Assembly (NCBI GenBank): GCA_963751345.1
Contig: CAVVUS010000022.1
Span: 64,001-128,000 of the forward strand
Reading direction: 5' to 3'
Source of the DNA: an uncultured Chloroflexia bacterium
GTDB taxonomy: Bacteria; Chloroflexota; Anaerolineae; B4-G1; SLSP01
DNA length: 64,000 nt
The position numbers and the translations under genes are program-made. The notes beneath the pieces were generated by a model that ran no database searches, had not been told where the DNA came from, and worked only from the letters and a program-made list of their open reading frames with translations. Positions 21,171-30,604 of this stretch are shown piece by piece (position 1 is the first letter of the stretch; each line of letters starts with the position of its first letter).

Positions 21171-22070
21171 TCAGATCAGCGGCGACAGCCCGGCGTAGAC
21201 TTGGCCCCACTCCGCGATTGAGAGCGTCTCGGCCCGCCGGGTAGCATCGATGTCCTGCCGCAGAAGTGCATCCGCGACCATCTGCGGGTCAAGCGCCAGA
21301 TCCGACGAAAGCGAGTTTCGGAGTTGCTTCCGACGCTGCGCGAAGCCGGCTCGCACGACCCGGAAGAAGCGCTCTACGTCTGCAACGGGAAACGGTGGAT
21401 CGTCGTAGCTATCGATGCGCACGACCGCCGACTCCACTTTGGGCGGCGGATAGAAAGCCCCGCGCTTCAGTCTCAAACAGAGGCTGGGCACCCCGTAAAA
21501 CTGGACACTGACGGCCAGCAAACTCATGTCGCCGGGCTCCGCCACCATTCGCTGCGCTACCTCCCGCTGCACGGTCAACACCATATGGGAAGGGCGCACG
21601 CGTGCCTCGAGCAGATGGCGGACAACGGCGTTGGTGATGTAGTAGGGCAGGTTGGCCACGACATCATAGTGTGGGAGCCGTACGCCCCACAGCGGCTGCG
21701 ACGGGGATGTACCCGCGACCTCGCGGGTGGAGAGGAGTGCGGCGGGGTCCAGCTCCAGGATATCGCCCTGGACGATCGTCAGGTTGGGTGTCGCCCCCAT
21801 CTCGGCCGTCAGGACATCAACGAGCATTGCATCGGTCTCAACGGCAATCACGTGGCCCGCCCGCGCCACAAGCGCGGCCGTCAGTGTGCCCACGCCTGCC
21901 CCCACCTCCAGGACCGTGGCCTCACGGTCCAAGCCTGCACACTCGGCAATCCGGTCCGGCGCGGTCGGATCTACAAGGAAGTTCTGACCCAGGGATTTGC
22001 GGGGCCAGAGATTATAGCGGTGGAGAATGGCGCGCGGGTCCTCAGAATGTCGCCGTGGTGCATCCGTCAT
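21171..22070 (-). CDS. rsmA: 16S rRNA m6,2A1518/1519 dimethyltransferase RsmA (KsgA)
   Basis: KSLGQNFL, EVGAGVGTLT, ANLPYYIT, FYPPPKVES, FAQRRKQLRN, RAETLS. Confidence 0.95.
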   Translation of the reverse strand: MTDAPRRHSEDPRAILHRYNLWPRKSLGQNFLVDPTAPDRIAECAGLDREATVLEVGAGVGTLTAALVARAGHVIAVETDAMLVDVLTAEMGATPNLTIVQGDILELDPAALLSTREVAGTSPSQPLWGVRLPHYDVVANLPYYITNAVVRHLLEARVRPSHMVLTVQREVAQRMVAEPGDMSLLAVSVQFYGVPSLCLRLKRGAFYPPPKVESAVVRIDSYDDPPFPVADVERFFRVVRAGFAQRRKQLRNSLSSDLALDPQMVADALLRQDIDATRRAETLSIAEWGQVYAGLSPLI

Positions 22071-23443
22071 GGCCCGGTGCTGTAGGTGATATAGTCGGGA
22101 ACTGGGGTCAGCAAGTAAACGTCGACCCACCGGTACCAGAGCTGCAGATCGGCATCAGTGTAGCCGAGGTCAACGCGTTTGCCCTTGATCGCGCCACCGG
22201 TGTCCCCGGCCAGACCCACGCCGTAGCCCGGCACGTAGACGTGGCTTCCCAGTGAGATGACGTTCGGGTCTACCGCTACGATGCCATTGCCCATCGTGAG
22301 GCCGGTGGCCGTACGCCCGTAATGGGCTGAGCTGGAGGAGACGCCTGCCGTGCTGGCACTGTAGGAGGTCGCCAGCATACGCACGACGCGCCAATAGTCC
22401 ACGGGGCCGCTCTCGGTCTGCAGCGTGCGCACAATGATCTTGGTGCCGTAGCCCATCACGCGGTTCTTGGGTGCGAGGATCACACTCTCGCCTTCAACAC
22501 GACGGTCCACGACCTGGCCGTTCTCGTAACGCAGGCGGGTACGCCGCTCCAGAACGCCGGATTCACCCTCCTGCATCAGGCTGGTCGTATCGATCTCCGA
22601 GTCAGGATCGGCCTGCCAGACGGAGTCGAAGGGCACCGGGCTCTGCTCCACGATGACGCTCTCATTGACGCGGACAACCTGGATCTCCATCCCCTCACTC
22701 AGCGCAGCATCGAGCGCCGGGGAAGTGTAGTCTTGACCGTTGACCGTCACCCCCAAGTCGGCCAGCACCTCGCCGACACGACTTCTATGGGTGCGCGTGC
22801 GCAAGACGTGCCCATCCACGCGCACGTCGATGGGCACCGAACGTTCGAGGCTGATGTGCATCCCGTTCTCAAGCGGCGTCGCGGGATCTGGTGAGATGCG
22901 GTCGGCTCGATAGAGCTTGATCCCGGCACCCAGGACCGCCTCGCCGACGGTATCTGCGTGTGAATACAGGCTCGTCCGAACGCCGCCCTCCTCCAACTGC
23001 ACTTGCTTGGCTCGGTCGACAACCACCCGCAGCCGGGTATCGCGTGGATCTGTGACCGAGGGTGGCCGTACACTGACGCTGTCGTGCAAATCGAGCGAGA
23101 CGCCCGACTCTGCGAGCAAATCGGCGGGGGTCTCATCGTGTGCGTAGATAGTCCGTTCCCGTCCATCCACCACCATAACGACCGGATGAGCCCGATCAAT
23201 TCGGATCTCCATATGCGGAGACAGAGAGACAGCGGGGCCGGGCAGGAGCCGATCTTCCGGGCGAAGACTGATGCCAAGGTCTGCAAGCAACATCTCCACC
23301 GTGGGTTGGTGGGAGTTGACCAACGTCGCTTCCCCGTCGATGACCAGCACCACGGGTGTTAACGTCGCACGATATCCGGCAACCAGCACTACCATGGCAC
23401 ACAGCGATAGCGCTACAGCCGCAAGCCTTTGTCCCCAGCGCAT
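22067..23443 (-). CDS. YabE/Sps-like cell-wall protein (DUF348 repeats + G5 + 3D domain)
   Basis: N-terminal TM, repeated TV.E.L...G ubiquitin-like units, G5 region, 3D domain ATSY...VAVDPNVI...AGDTGGAIKG.RVDL; upstream of rsmA as in Firmicutes. Confidence 0.88.
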   Translation of the reverse strand: MRWGQRLAAVALSLCAMVVLVAGYRATLTPVVLVIDGEATLVNSHQPTVEMLLADLGISLRPEDRLLPGPAVSLSPHMEIRIDRAHPVVMVVDGRERTIYAHDETPADLLAESGVSLDLHDSVSVRPPSVTDPRDTRLRVVVDRAKQVQLEEGGVRTSLYSHADTVGEAVLGAGIKLYRADRISPDPATPLENGMHISLERSVPIDVRVDGHVLRTRTHRSRVGEVLADLGVTVNGQDYTSPALDAALSEGMEIQVVRVNESVIVEQSPVPFDSVWQADPDSEIDTTSLMQEGESGVLERRTRLRYENGQVVDRRVEGESVILAPKNRVMGYGTKIIVRTLQTESGPVDYWRVVRMLATSYSASTAGVSSSSAHYGRTATGLTMGNGIVAVDPNVISLGSHVYVPGYGVGLAGDTGGAIKGKRVDLGYTDADLQLWYRWVDVYLLTPVPDYITYSTGP

Positions 23444-23596
23444 TCCGGTGTGTTCGCGCTCCGGAAGGACGGCAAGGCCCAGAAGGCGTTCGCGTCCCAG
23501 ACTCTCCTCCTTAGAACCGAAAAGGGCGATAGTCGAACCCATCGCCCCAGTTGGTGATCTCCGGCACTATGGCGAGGCCGGCCTCCGACCATCGCC

Positions 23597-23860
23597 GTCG
23601 ACGGGGATGTCAGTCCACCCGATCGAGTGCCGCAGAAAGACACCGCGCCGAGGTCCCTTCACCGGGACGATGGCCGAGACGTACTGAGGATTAGGCACCC
23701 CTGCGGCACCCGGAGTGATCTCCTTACCGTTGCTTCCTTCCGGACCTGGCGGGATTCGAAGGTCTCCGCCGCGCAGGACCCAAGCCTCAGTACACGTCGA
23801 ACATCGTTCCAAGGGACGACGGACTTCGATGCTGCATTCCACCACCCACTGCCGTCGATG
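23597..23860 (-). ncRNA. ffs: Signal recognition particle RNA (ends approximate)
   Basis: Minus strand has the helix-8 consensus GAATCCCGCCAGGTCCGGAAGGAAGCAACGGTAAG inside a long hairpin (23653-23817), downstream of a TTGACA-N16-TACCAT promoter. Confidence 0.92.
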
Positions 23861-23866
23861 TTTCCA

Positions 23867-23894
23867 ATGGTACAGAAGACCGGGAGATTGTCAA
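23867..23894 (-). promoter_or_regulatory. Sigma70 promoter of the SRP RNA
   Basis: TTGACA (23894-23889), 16-nt spacer, TACCAT (23872-23867). Confidence 0.75.
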
Positions 23895-23979
23895 GGTTGC
23901 CGCCGACGTGCTTTGCGCCTACAATGACCTCACTTGGGAATCAGAGACCAAGGCCATCTCATCATCACGAAAGGCAGCT

Positions 23980-24981
23980 ATGGCCGAAGAGACCATCCTC
24001 CAGCAGGAGGCGTCTACACCCGGCGGTACCGTCAAGGCCTTCACCAACGACATTGTTGAGAACGTCGAGAAGGTGATCGTCGGGAAACACACACAGGTAG
24101 AGCTGCTTATGGTCGCCATGCTGTGTCAGGGGCACATCTTGATCGAGGACGTCCCGGGCACGGGCAAGACGATGCTCGCCCGAGCGGCCGCGACCAGCAT
24201 GGGGCTGGACTTCAAACGCCTCCAATGTACGCCGGATCTCCTGCCCAACGACATCACCGGCGTCGAGATCTTCAACCAGAAGGACAGTGTCTTCGAGTTT
24301 CAGCCGGGGCCGGTCTTCGTCAATATCCTCCTGGCCGACGAGATCAATCGCGCAACGCCGCGCACCCAGGCAGCGCTGCTGGAGGCAATGCAGGAGAACC
24401 AGGTCACAACGAGCGGCATCACGCGCAGACTCCCGGCGCCCTTCCTCGTCCTGGCCACCCAGAACCCAATTGAGTATGAGGGGACATTCCCACTGCCGGA
24501 GGCACAGCTCGACCGCTTCCTGATGCGCCTTTCGTTGGGATACCCGGACAAGCAGGATGAGATCGCCATCATCCGCGGCCAGCGCAAGCGACATCCTATC
24601 GAGGACATCGGCCAGGTGGTCGACGGGATCGATCTGTTAAGACACCACGAGGCTGTCACGGACATCCACGTGGACGAGACCATCGAGCAGTACATTCTTG
24701 ACATCGTTCGAGCCACCCGCACGCATGCAGACGTGACATTGGGCGCCAGCCCCAGGGGGTCGTTGGCCCTGTACAGAACCTCACAGGCCTGGGCGTTACT
24801 GCGCGGCAGGGACTACGTGATACCCGAGGATGTCAAGATGCTGGCGCCTCTGACCCTGCCCCACCGGCTCATCCTCAAACCGGAGAGCCAGCTTCGGGGA
24901 CGCAGTGCCCAGGGCATTGTCGCCGAAATCCTGGAGCGTGCCGAACTGAGTCTGGATGGAGGAGACGATGCTGAAGCTTGA
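23980..24981 (+). CDS. moxR: MoxR-family AAA+ ATPase
   Basis: EDVPGTGKT, QCTPDLLP.D, LADEINRATPRTQAALLEAM, ATQNPIEYEGTFPLPEAQLDRF, GASPRG. Confidence 0.94.
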   Translation: MAEETILQQEASTPGGTVKAFTNDIVENVEKVIVGKHTQVELLMVAMLCQGHILIEDVPGTGKTMLARAAATSMGLDFKRLQCTPDLLPNDITGVEIFNQKDSVFEFQPGPVFVNILLADEINRATPRTQAALLEAMQENQVTTSGITRRLPAPFLVLATQNPIEYEGTFPLPEAQLDRFLMRLSLGYPDKQDEIAIIRGQRKRHPIEDIGQVVDGIDLLRHHEAVTDIHVDETIEQYILDIVRATRTHADVTLGASPRGSLALYRTSQAWALLRGRDYVIPEDVKMLAPLTLPHRLILKPESQLRGRSAQGIVAEILERAELSLDGGDDAEA

Positions 24982-25880
24982 TCCCTGCCACTCTCAAGGT
25001 CGTACCTTTCGGACCGGCTCACCTTCCGGCCTTCACCGCTTGGTTCGCCGCCCTGCCGGGCAACGAAGCCTGGACGGAGCCGTGGGTGCGCTTCAAGACG
25101 CTGGAGGACGACACGTACGACCCCGAGCTCATGATCACCGCGGAGGCAGACGGCGAACCCGTTGGCTTTCTGATAGGTAACGTGGCGAACGACGTGGGCT
25201 GGATACGGAGTTTCATCGTCCACCCGGCCCTGCGTCGACAGGGCATCGGCACGCTGCTATTCGACGCCGTCGAGCAGCGGCTGCGGGAGCGCGGTATCAC
25301 CGACATCAACGTCGGGTGGGCACTTCCGCGATATCTACTCCCGGGAATCGACGTCACGTACACCCCGGCGATCATTTTCCTCGACCATCGCGGCTACCAG
25401 ACCAACCGAGAGACGCGGGTCAATATGGACGTCGTGCTGGCCGGGCGCGACTTCGGGACGGCAGAGGCCGAGGCTCGCCTCGAAGGGCTGGGCGTTGCGG
25501 TTCGCCGGGCCACACCGGAGGATCGGGACCAGATCGAGGCGCTATGCCACGCCGAGGGCTACAGCGGCTGGGCGGCTGAGACCGGCCTGGCGCTCGAGAT
25601 GACGCGCATACCTGTCTTCGTCGCCGTAGCATCGAACAAAGTCCGTGCCTTTGCCGCACACAGCCTCGGCGGACCTATCCATTTCGGCCCCATGCTCACG
25701 GCTGCCGACCTGCGCGGTCTGGGGATCGGCTCCGTGCTCCTGAAGCGATGCCTGCAGGATTGGCAGCGAGACGGCGTCGAGCGTTGTGAGATCTCCTGGG
25801 CGGGACCCCTTGCCTTCTACGCCCACTCCGTAGGGGCGACGATGGGGCGCGCGTTCTGGACCTTCCACCGCTCGCTATGA
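24978..25880 (+). CDS. Tandem GNAT N-acetyltransferase
   Basis: Two acetyl-CoA motifs, RRQGIGT and RGLGIGS; overlaps both neighbours. Confidence 0.85.
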   Translation: MIPATLKVVPFGPAHLPAFTAWFAALPGNEAWTEPWVRFKTLEDDTYDPELMITAEADGEPVGFLIGNVANDVGWIRSFIVHPALRRQGIGTLLFDAVEQRLRERGITDINVGWALPRYLLPGIDVTYTPAIIFLDHRGYQTNRETRVNMDVVLAGRDFGTAEAEARLEGLGVAVRRATPEDRDQIEALCHAEGYSGWAAETGLALEMTRIPVFVAVASNKVRAFAAHSLGGPIHFGPMLTAADLRGLGIGSVLLKRCLQDWQRDGVERCEISWAGPLAFYAHSVGATMGRAFWTFHRSL

Positions 25881-27178
25881 GTGCGCCTGCGTGGCCTGAC
25901 GATCGACACAGGATGCCGGCGGCGTCGGGGGCAGCGTGGCCGCACGCAGGCGGGCCGGTTGTGCGAAACCTGATTCCCGCTCTCATTGGGCTCTTTGTCA
26001 TTGCCGCGCTGCTGCGCATCGACACCTACTTCAGCCTGGTCTACCTGCTGGCAGCAACGTACGTCTTGGGACGGATCTGGTCTCGGCAGAGTATGAAGCA
26101 GCTCCAGACTCAGCGCAGGCTCGTAAGCCGCGCCTTCCCCGGCGAGACCATCTCAGTGGAGCTGCGGGTCCGCAATGACGGCTGGCTGCCCGTCCCGTGG
26201 GTGGAGATGCACGACTCGCTGCCCGTCGATATGGCCTCCCCGCCCTACTACCGCAGGGTGCTCACCATGATGCCGCATCAGGAGTGCCGCTTCGACTACC
26301 GGTTATCGGCGTCCAAACGCGGCTACTACTTGATTGGGCCGATGACCTGGCGCACGGGGGACCTGCTTGGCTTCGCGCCACAACAGACAGGGCATCACCA
26401 ACCGGAGACCATCATCGTCTATCCGCGTGTGGTATCGCTGGACAGCTTGGGGCTTCCGACACGGTCCCCCCTGGCATCCATCGCAGCACCTACGCCGCTC
26501 TTCGAAGATCCCACGCGTGTCGTTGGCGTGCGTGACTACCAGATCGGTGACTCGCCACGGCGCATCCACTGGACTGCCAGCGCAGGGGCTGACCGCTTGC
26601 TGGTCAAACGCTATCAGCCCGCCATTGCGCGCGAGACGCTCATCTGCCTCGATCTCGATCAGGACGCCTACTCCTTTCAGCGGCTGTACGCCGCCTCAGA
26701 GCTGGCGATCATCACCGCAGCCTCGCTCGCCAACCATATCATCGTCCACGAGGGCCTCGCCGCGGGGTTGACCACCCAGGGCGTCGATCCCCTGGAGGAC
26801 AGAATCGCGGCAATGTCAGTTCCCGCCCGTCGCGGGCGAGCGCACCTGATGTCCATTCTGGAGATTCTGGCCCGCGCCCAGACCTACCACGTGGAGGCCG
26901 GTGGCGACTTGCCCTCCGGCAACGCTCCGCTGCCGCTGGCAGATTTCCTCCGGCGAGCAGCCCTGAGGCTATCGTGGGGCGCTACCATCGTCCTCATCAC
27001 CGGTAAGGAGACCGACGCGATTCTCGGCGCCCTGCTCCACCTACGACAGCAGGGGTTTGCCGTCGCGCTCATCCTCGTGATGCCCGCACCACCAGATGAC
27101 GCGAGCAAATCCGGTGCCGCGGCGTTGAGGCTGCCCATCCACCACGTGTGGCGCGAGGAGGAGTTGGAGCGCATATGA
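25877..27178 (+). CDS. DUF58 (vWA-like) MoxR partner
   Basis: IVYP, GVRDYQIGDSPRRIHW.ASA...LLVK; N-terminal TM. Confidence 0.9.
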   Translation: MSAPAWPDDRHRMPAASGAAWPHAGGPVVRNLIPALIGLFVIAALLRIDTYFSLVYLLAATYVLGRIWSRQSMKQLQTQRRLVSRAFPGETISVELRVRNDGWLPVPWVEMHDSLPVDMASPPYYRRVLTMMPHQECRFDYRLSASKRGYYLIGPMTWRTGDLLGFAPQQTGHHQPETIIVYPRVVSLDSLGLPTRSPLASIAAPTPLFEDPTRVVGVRDYQIGDSPRRIHWTASAGADRLLVKRYQPAIARETLICLDLDQDAYSFQRLYAASELAIITAASLANHIIVHEGLAAGLTTQGVDPLEDRIAAMSVPARRGRAHLMSILEILARAQTYHVEAGGDLPSGNAPLPLADFLRRAALRLSWGATIVLITGKETDAILGALLHLRQQGFAVALILVMPAPPDDASKSGAAALRLPIHHVWREEELERI

Positions 27179-28788
27179 CCACGGGTGCCGAACGCCGGAC
27201 ACGGGAGCCGCGCATCGCGGTTCGAGAGACGGACGAATATGTGGAGCATCAGGAGGACGCCCCCCCACCCGATCCCCCTTCCCCCTGGGTGCGCAGCGTC
27301 TTCCAACCGGCCGCCGTGGGCGTGCTCGTTGCCTGTGTGGCGTGGTCTGTCGCGCGTGTCATCGATGTCTTCACGCAACTTTCCCACGTGACCTTGTTTT
27401 GGCTCGTGCCGGCAGCTATGGCGCTCGTGGGGTTCACCACTCAGCGAATCGTGCAGCGACGATTCCACAGCGGCTCTGACAGCCTGCGATTCCGTATCGT
27501 CGAACTGGGGGTGATGTTTCTCGCCGTCAAAGTGGCCGGCTTGCTCGGCGACACGGTGCCTGAGGTGTTGGCCGCCGCACGTGCGTGGAGTTTGAGCCCC
27601 CTGACGTTCTTCGACGCCACCACGATGATTGCGTTCCTGCTGGGTGCCATCGCGTGGCTGATGGCCGGCCTGACGGCGCGGGATCTGGATGCCCTGGTCG
27701 ACCCGATGATGTACCTGGGGGAGACGGAGCCGACCACGCGCCTGGTCAAGCGCTACTTTGCCGGCGGTGCCATCCTCCTCATCTGCACTGCCATCTCGCG
27801 CGTCGATCTTGGCACGCTCATCGAGATGGAGAACGCGCGCATTCGCACGCCAATCCTCAGCGTGCTGCTTTACTTCTTCCTGGGGGTGGTCATGCTCGGC
27901 CAGATCCAGTTCTCCCGCCTGTCCGGGCTCTGGCGTCGTGAGAAGGTCACGGTCGTCGAGAACCTGAGCGCGCACTGGATCCGCTATACGCTAGCCTTCA
28001 TTGCACTCGCGGCCCTCATCGCGTTTGTCCTGCCCACAGGCTATACGGTGAGCATCCTGGACCTGGTCGCTACGCTGATCTATGTGATCAGCTACGCCGC
28101 ATTGATCCTCTACACACTCGTCCTTTGGCCATTTGCCATGCTGCTGGCGCTCGTCTCGGGCAAGAAACCGACCGTCGAAACCCCGTCGGCATCCAACGTC
28201 CCCTTCGCGCCGCCCCCTCTATCCGCGTCGGATGCGTCAGGAGGGGCCTGGTGGGCCGTAGTGCGGTCGATCGTCTTCTGGGTCGTGCTCCTCTCCGTGG
28301 TCTTCTACCTGGTCCGGAGTTACCTTCGGGATCGCCCCGAGCTGGGACATTCCCTACGGCGGTTCGCGCCGTGGCGATGGCTCGCCGAGGCGTGGCGCAC
28401 CATCGGTCGCTGGTTTCTGGGCTGGGGACGCACCCTCGGCGAGGCAGTGCCCGCCTTGGTACGGCGGGTCCTACGTCCAAGGGCACGAACCCGCAATCTT
28501 CGGCGTGCGCGGGGACGGAGCCTGCGTGAGCAACTCCGCTACGCCTACCTGGTCACACTGGATCGTGCCGGCGAAGAGGGCGTGCCACGCCGGCAGACCG
28601 AGACGCCGTACGAATACAGCCACAAGCTCGACCGGCAGCTCGCAGAGGGCAGCGAAGCACTGGAAGCCCTGACCCAAGCCTTCGTCGAAGCCCGCTACAG
28701 CACACACCCCGTCACAGCAGAGGATGTGGCTACCCAGGAAGCCAACGCCGAGAAAGTCCGACGCGGACTGCGACCCGACAACGGCTAG
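27175..28788 (+). CDS. Multi-TM protein with C-terminal DUF4129
   Basis: About 9 TM helices, then Y...L...GVPRRQTETPYEY...LTQAFVEARYS. Confidence 0.85.
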   Translation: MTTGAERRTREPRIAVRETDEYVEHQEDAPPPDPPSPWVRSVFQPAAVGVLVACVAWSVARVIDVFTQLSHVTLFWLVPAAMALVGFTTQRIVQRRFHSGSDSLRFRIVELGVMFLAVKVAGLLGDTVPEVLAAARAWSLSPLTFFDATTMIAFLLGAIAWLMAGLTARDLDALVDPMMYLGETEPTTRLVKRYFAGGAILLICTAISRVDLGTLIEMENARIRTPILSVLLYFFLGVVMLGQIQFSRLSGLWRREKVTVVENLSAHWIRYTLAFIALAALIAFVLPTGYTVSILDLVATLIYVISYAALILYTLVLWPFAMLLALVSGKKPTVETPSASNVPFAPPPLSASDASGGAWWAVVRSIVFWVVLLSVVFYLVRSYLRDRPELGHSLRRFAPWRWLAEAWRTIGRWFLGWGRTLGEAVPALVRRVLRPRARTRNLRRARGRSLREQLRYAYLVTLDRAGEEGVPRRQTETPYEYSHKLDRQLAEGSEALEALTQAFVEARYSTHPVTAEDVATQEANAEKVRRGLRPDNG

Positions 28789-28809
28789 CCACCGATTCGC
28801 CCGGGCCTG

Positions 28810-30544
28810 CTAGGGCGTGGTGGCGCCTTGGCTCAAAGACCAGTCGGTCTCCCCTTGAACTACCACACCGTATTGCTCTGACACACTGTTGCCGTCGCAG
28901 TCCTTTGCCATCAGATCGTAGGTATCCGCAGCGGCAAAGAAGATACGCACGCCACCGGCCGACATCACCTCATACTCGCCCATCTGATCGTCTCCCCAGT
29001 TGTCGCTGGTCTCCGGCGAGATGTACATATAGCAGACGTCCTGGCTGAGATCATTGGTCACACGCACCGGCACGAGGCCCGGGGCCGAGATCTGGATATT
29101 CTGGCTTGTCGAGAACTTCCACGCTGTCGCCATGATTGCCTCATCACAGGCTCGGGCCTGGAAATCATAGCTTCCCGCTGGGACGTCGAACCGGCGGATG
29201 GCGCTCGAAGCGATCGTCTCGTCTGAGGCCAGCCAGTCTTCTCCCCACGAATCGGAATCCGCGGCGGAGATGAAGACATAGCAGACCGGGTAGGGCGACG
29301 AGTTCTGCACGGTGACCTGGATCTGTTCGCCACTCGGAACGAGCGTGGCGGTGGCGAGCTCCGAGCCAGGGGTCGCGGTCGGGGACGCAGGTCCGGCGGT
29401 GGGTGTCTGGGTGGCGGAGGCAGGTGCTGCCGTCGGGCGTGGAGTCTGTGTCGGGGTCTCCGTCGGAGAACGCATTCCCGCAAGTATCGGCCTGCCGATA
29501 AAGTAACCGCCACAGGACAAGCGCTATGCAGAGCAGCACCGCTCCGACGATCCCCAGCCAGAACCCCTTGGGCCGTTGACGCGCCACGGGCGGGCTCCCC
29601 CCGACAGGCTGCACGGGGACACCACCGCCGGTCGGGCGCATCCCCTGCCCCCCAAAGGTTTGCGGCGGAGCCTGGGCAACCTGCGTGCGTGGATATTCGG
29701 TCCGTACGGGCTCCGGCAGTGGACCGGAGACCAGCACGGCGAGCATCTCGCGGGCGGACTGCCACCGCTCACTCACCGAAAGCGCCAGTGCTTTCATCAC
29801 GAGATATTCTGCCTGATTGCTCACGCTGGGAACGAGCTGGCGAATCGGGACGAATTGCTCGGGCATGGCCATCCGCTCGGTGGCGGAGGGGGGCGACTGC
29901 CCCGTCAGGAGATGATAAAGCGTCGCTCCGAGGCTGTAGATATCACTCGGGGGCCCTGTATGGTCCTTGGTAGCGCCATACTGCTCCGGTGGTGCGTATT
30001 CGGGAGTGCCCATGCCGCGCATCACGGTCCGTGTCTGAGGATCGTTGGGATCCCAAAGCTTGACGAGGCCGAAGTCCACCAGCATCACGCCGCCGTCGGG
30101 CTTGAGGATGATGTTCTGTGGCTTGATGTCCCGGTGAACAACCCCGTGGGTGTGGCAATAGTCGAGCGCCTCCAGAAGCTGCCGCGCCCATCCCAGCACC
30201 CTGGTCTCCGACTGGGCTCCCTCCTGGACGACCAAGTCGGCCAGGCTGCGCCCCTCGACGAAATCCATCACCAGATACGATTTGCCGCCTTCGTCAAAGA
30301 AGTCAAAGACGCGCACGAGATTGGGATGGTTGAGGCGGGCAAGCACACCGGCCTCTTGCTCGAATTGGTCGCGCAGGCCGGCCAGGGTCTCCGTGTCAAG
30401 CCCGGGCTGGGGCAACAGTTCCTTCAGTGCAACGGGCACCTTCAGGCGCAGGTCCCAGGCTCGGTACACCGAGCCCATGCCCCCCTGCCCCAGCAGCTTT
30501 ACGATGCGATAGCGCTCTTGTACGACGGTCCCTGTCTCAAGCAT
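28810..30544 (-). CDS. Membrane Hanks-type Ser/Thr kinase, frameshift near 29520
   Basis: LGQGGMG, VALKE, HRDIKPQN, DFG, TM segment; ORF 28810..29520 supplies a T/P linker and two extracellular repeats. Confidence 0.88.
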
Positions 30545-30604
30545 TCCTTCTCCCCATTCTATGCTTCAGAACCCGGCCGCGGCCCATAGGTGACCGGACG
30601 CACC

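Noticed and set aside
23597-23860. c-di-AMP (ydaO) riboswitch upstream of the G5/3D cell-wall gene
   Set aside because: The context suggested it, but the sequence carries the SRP helix-8 consensus and I found no ydaO motifs.
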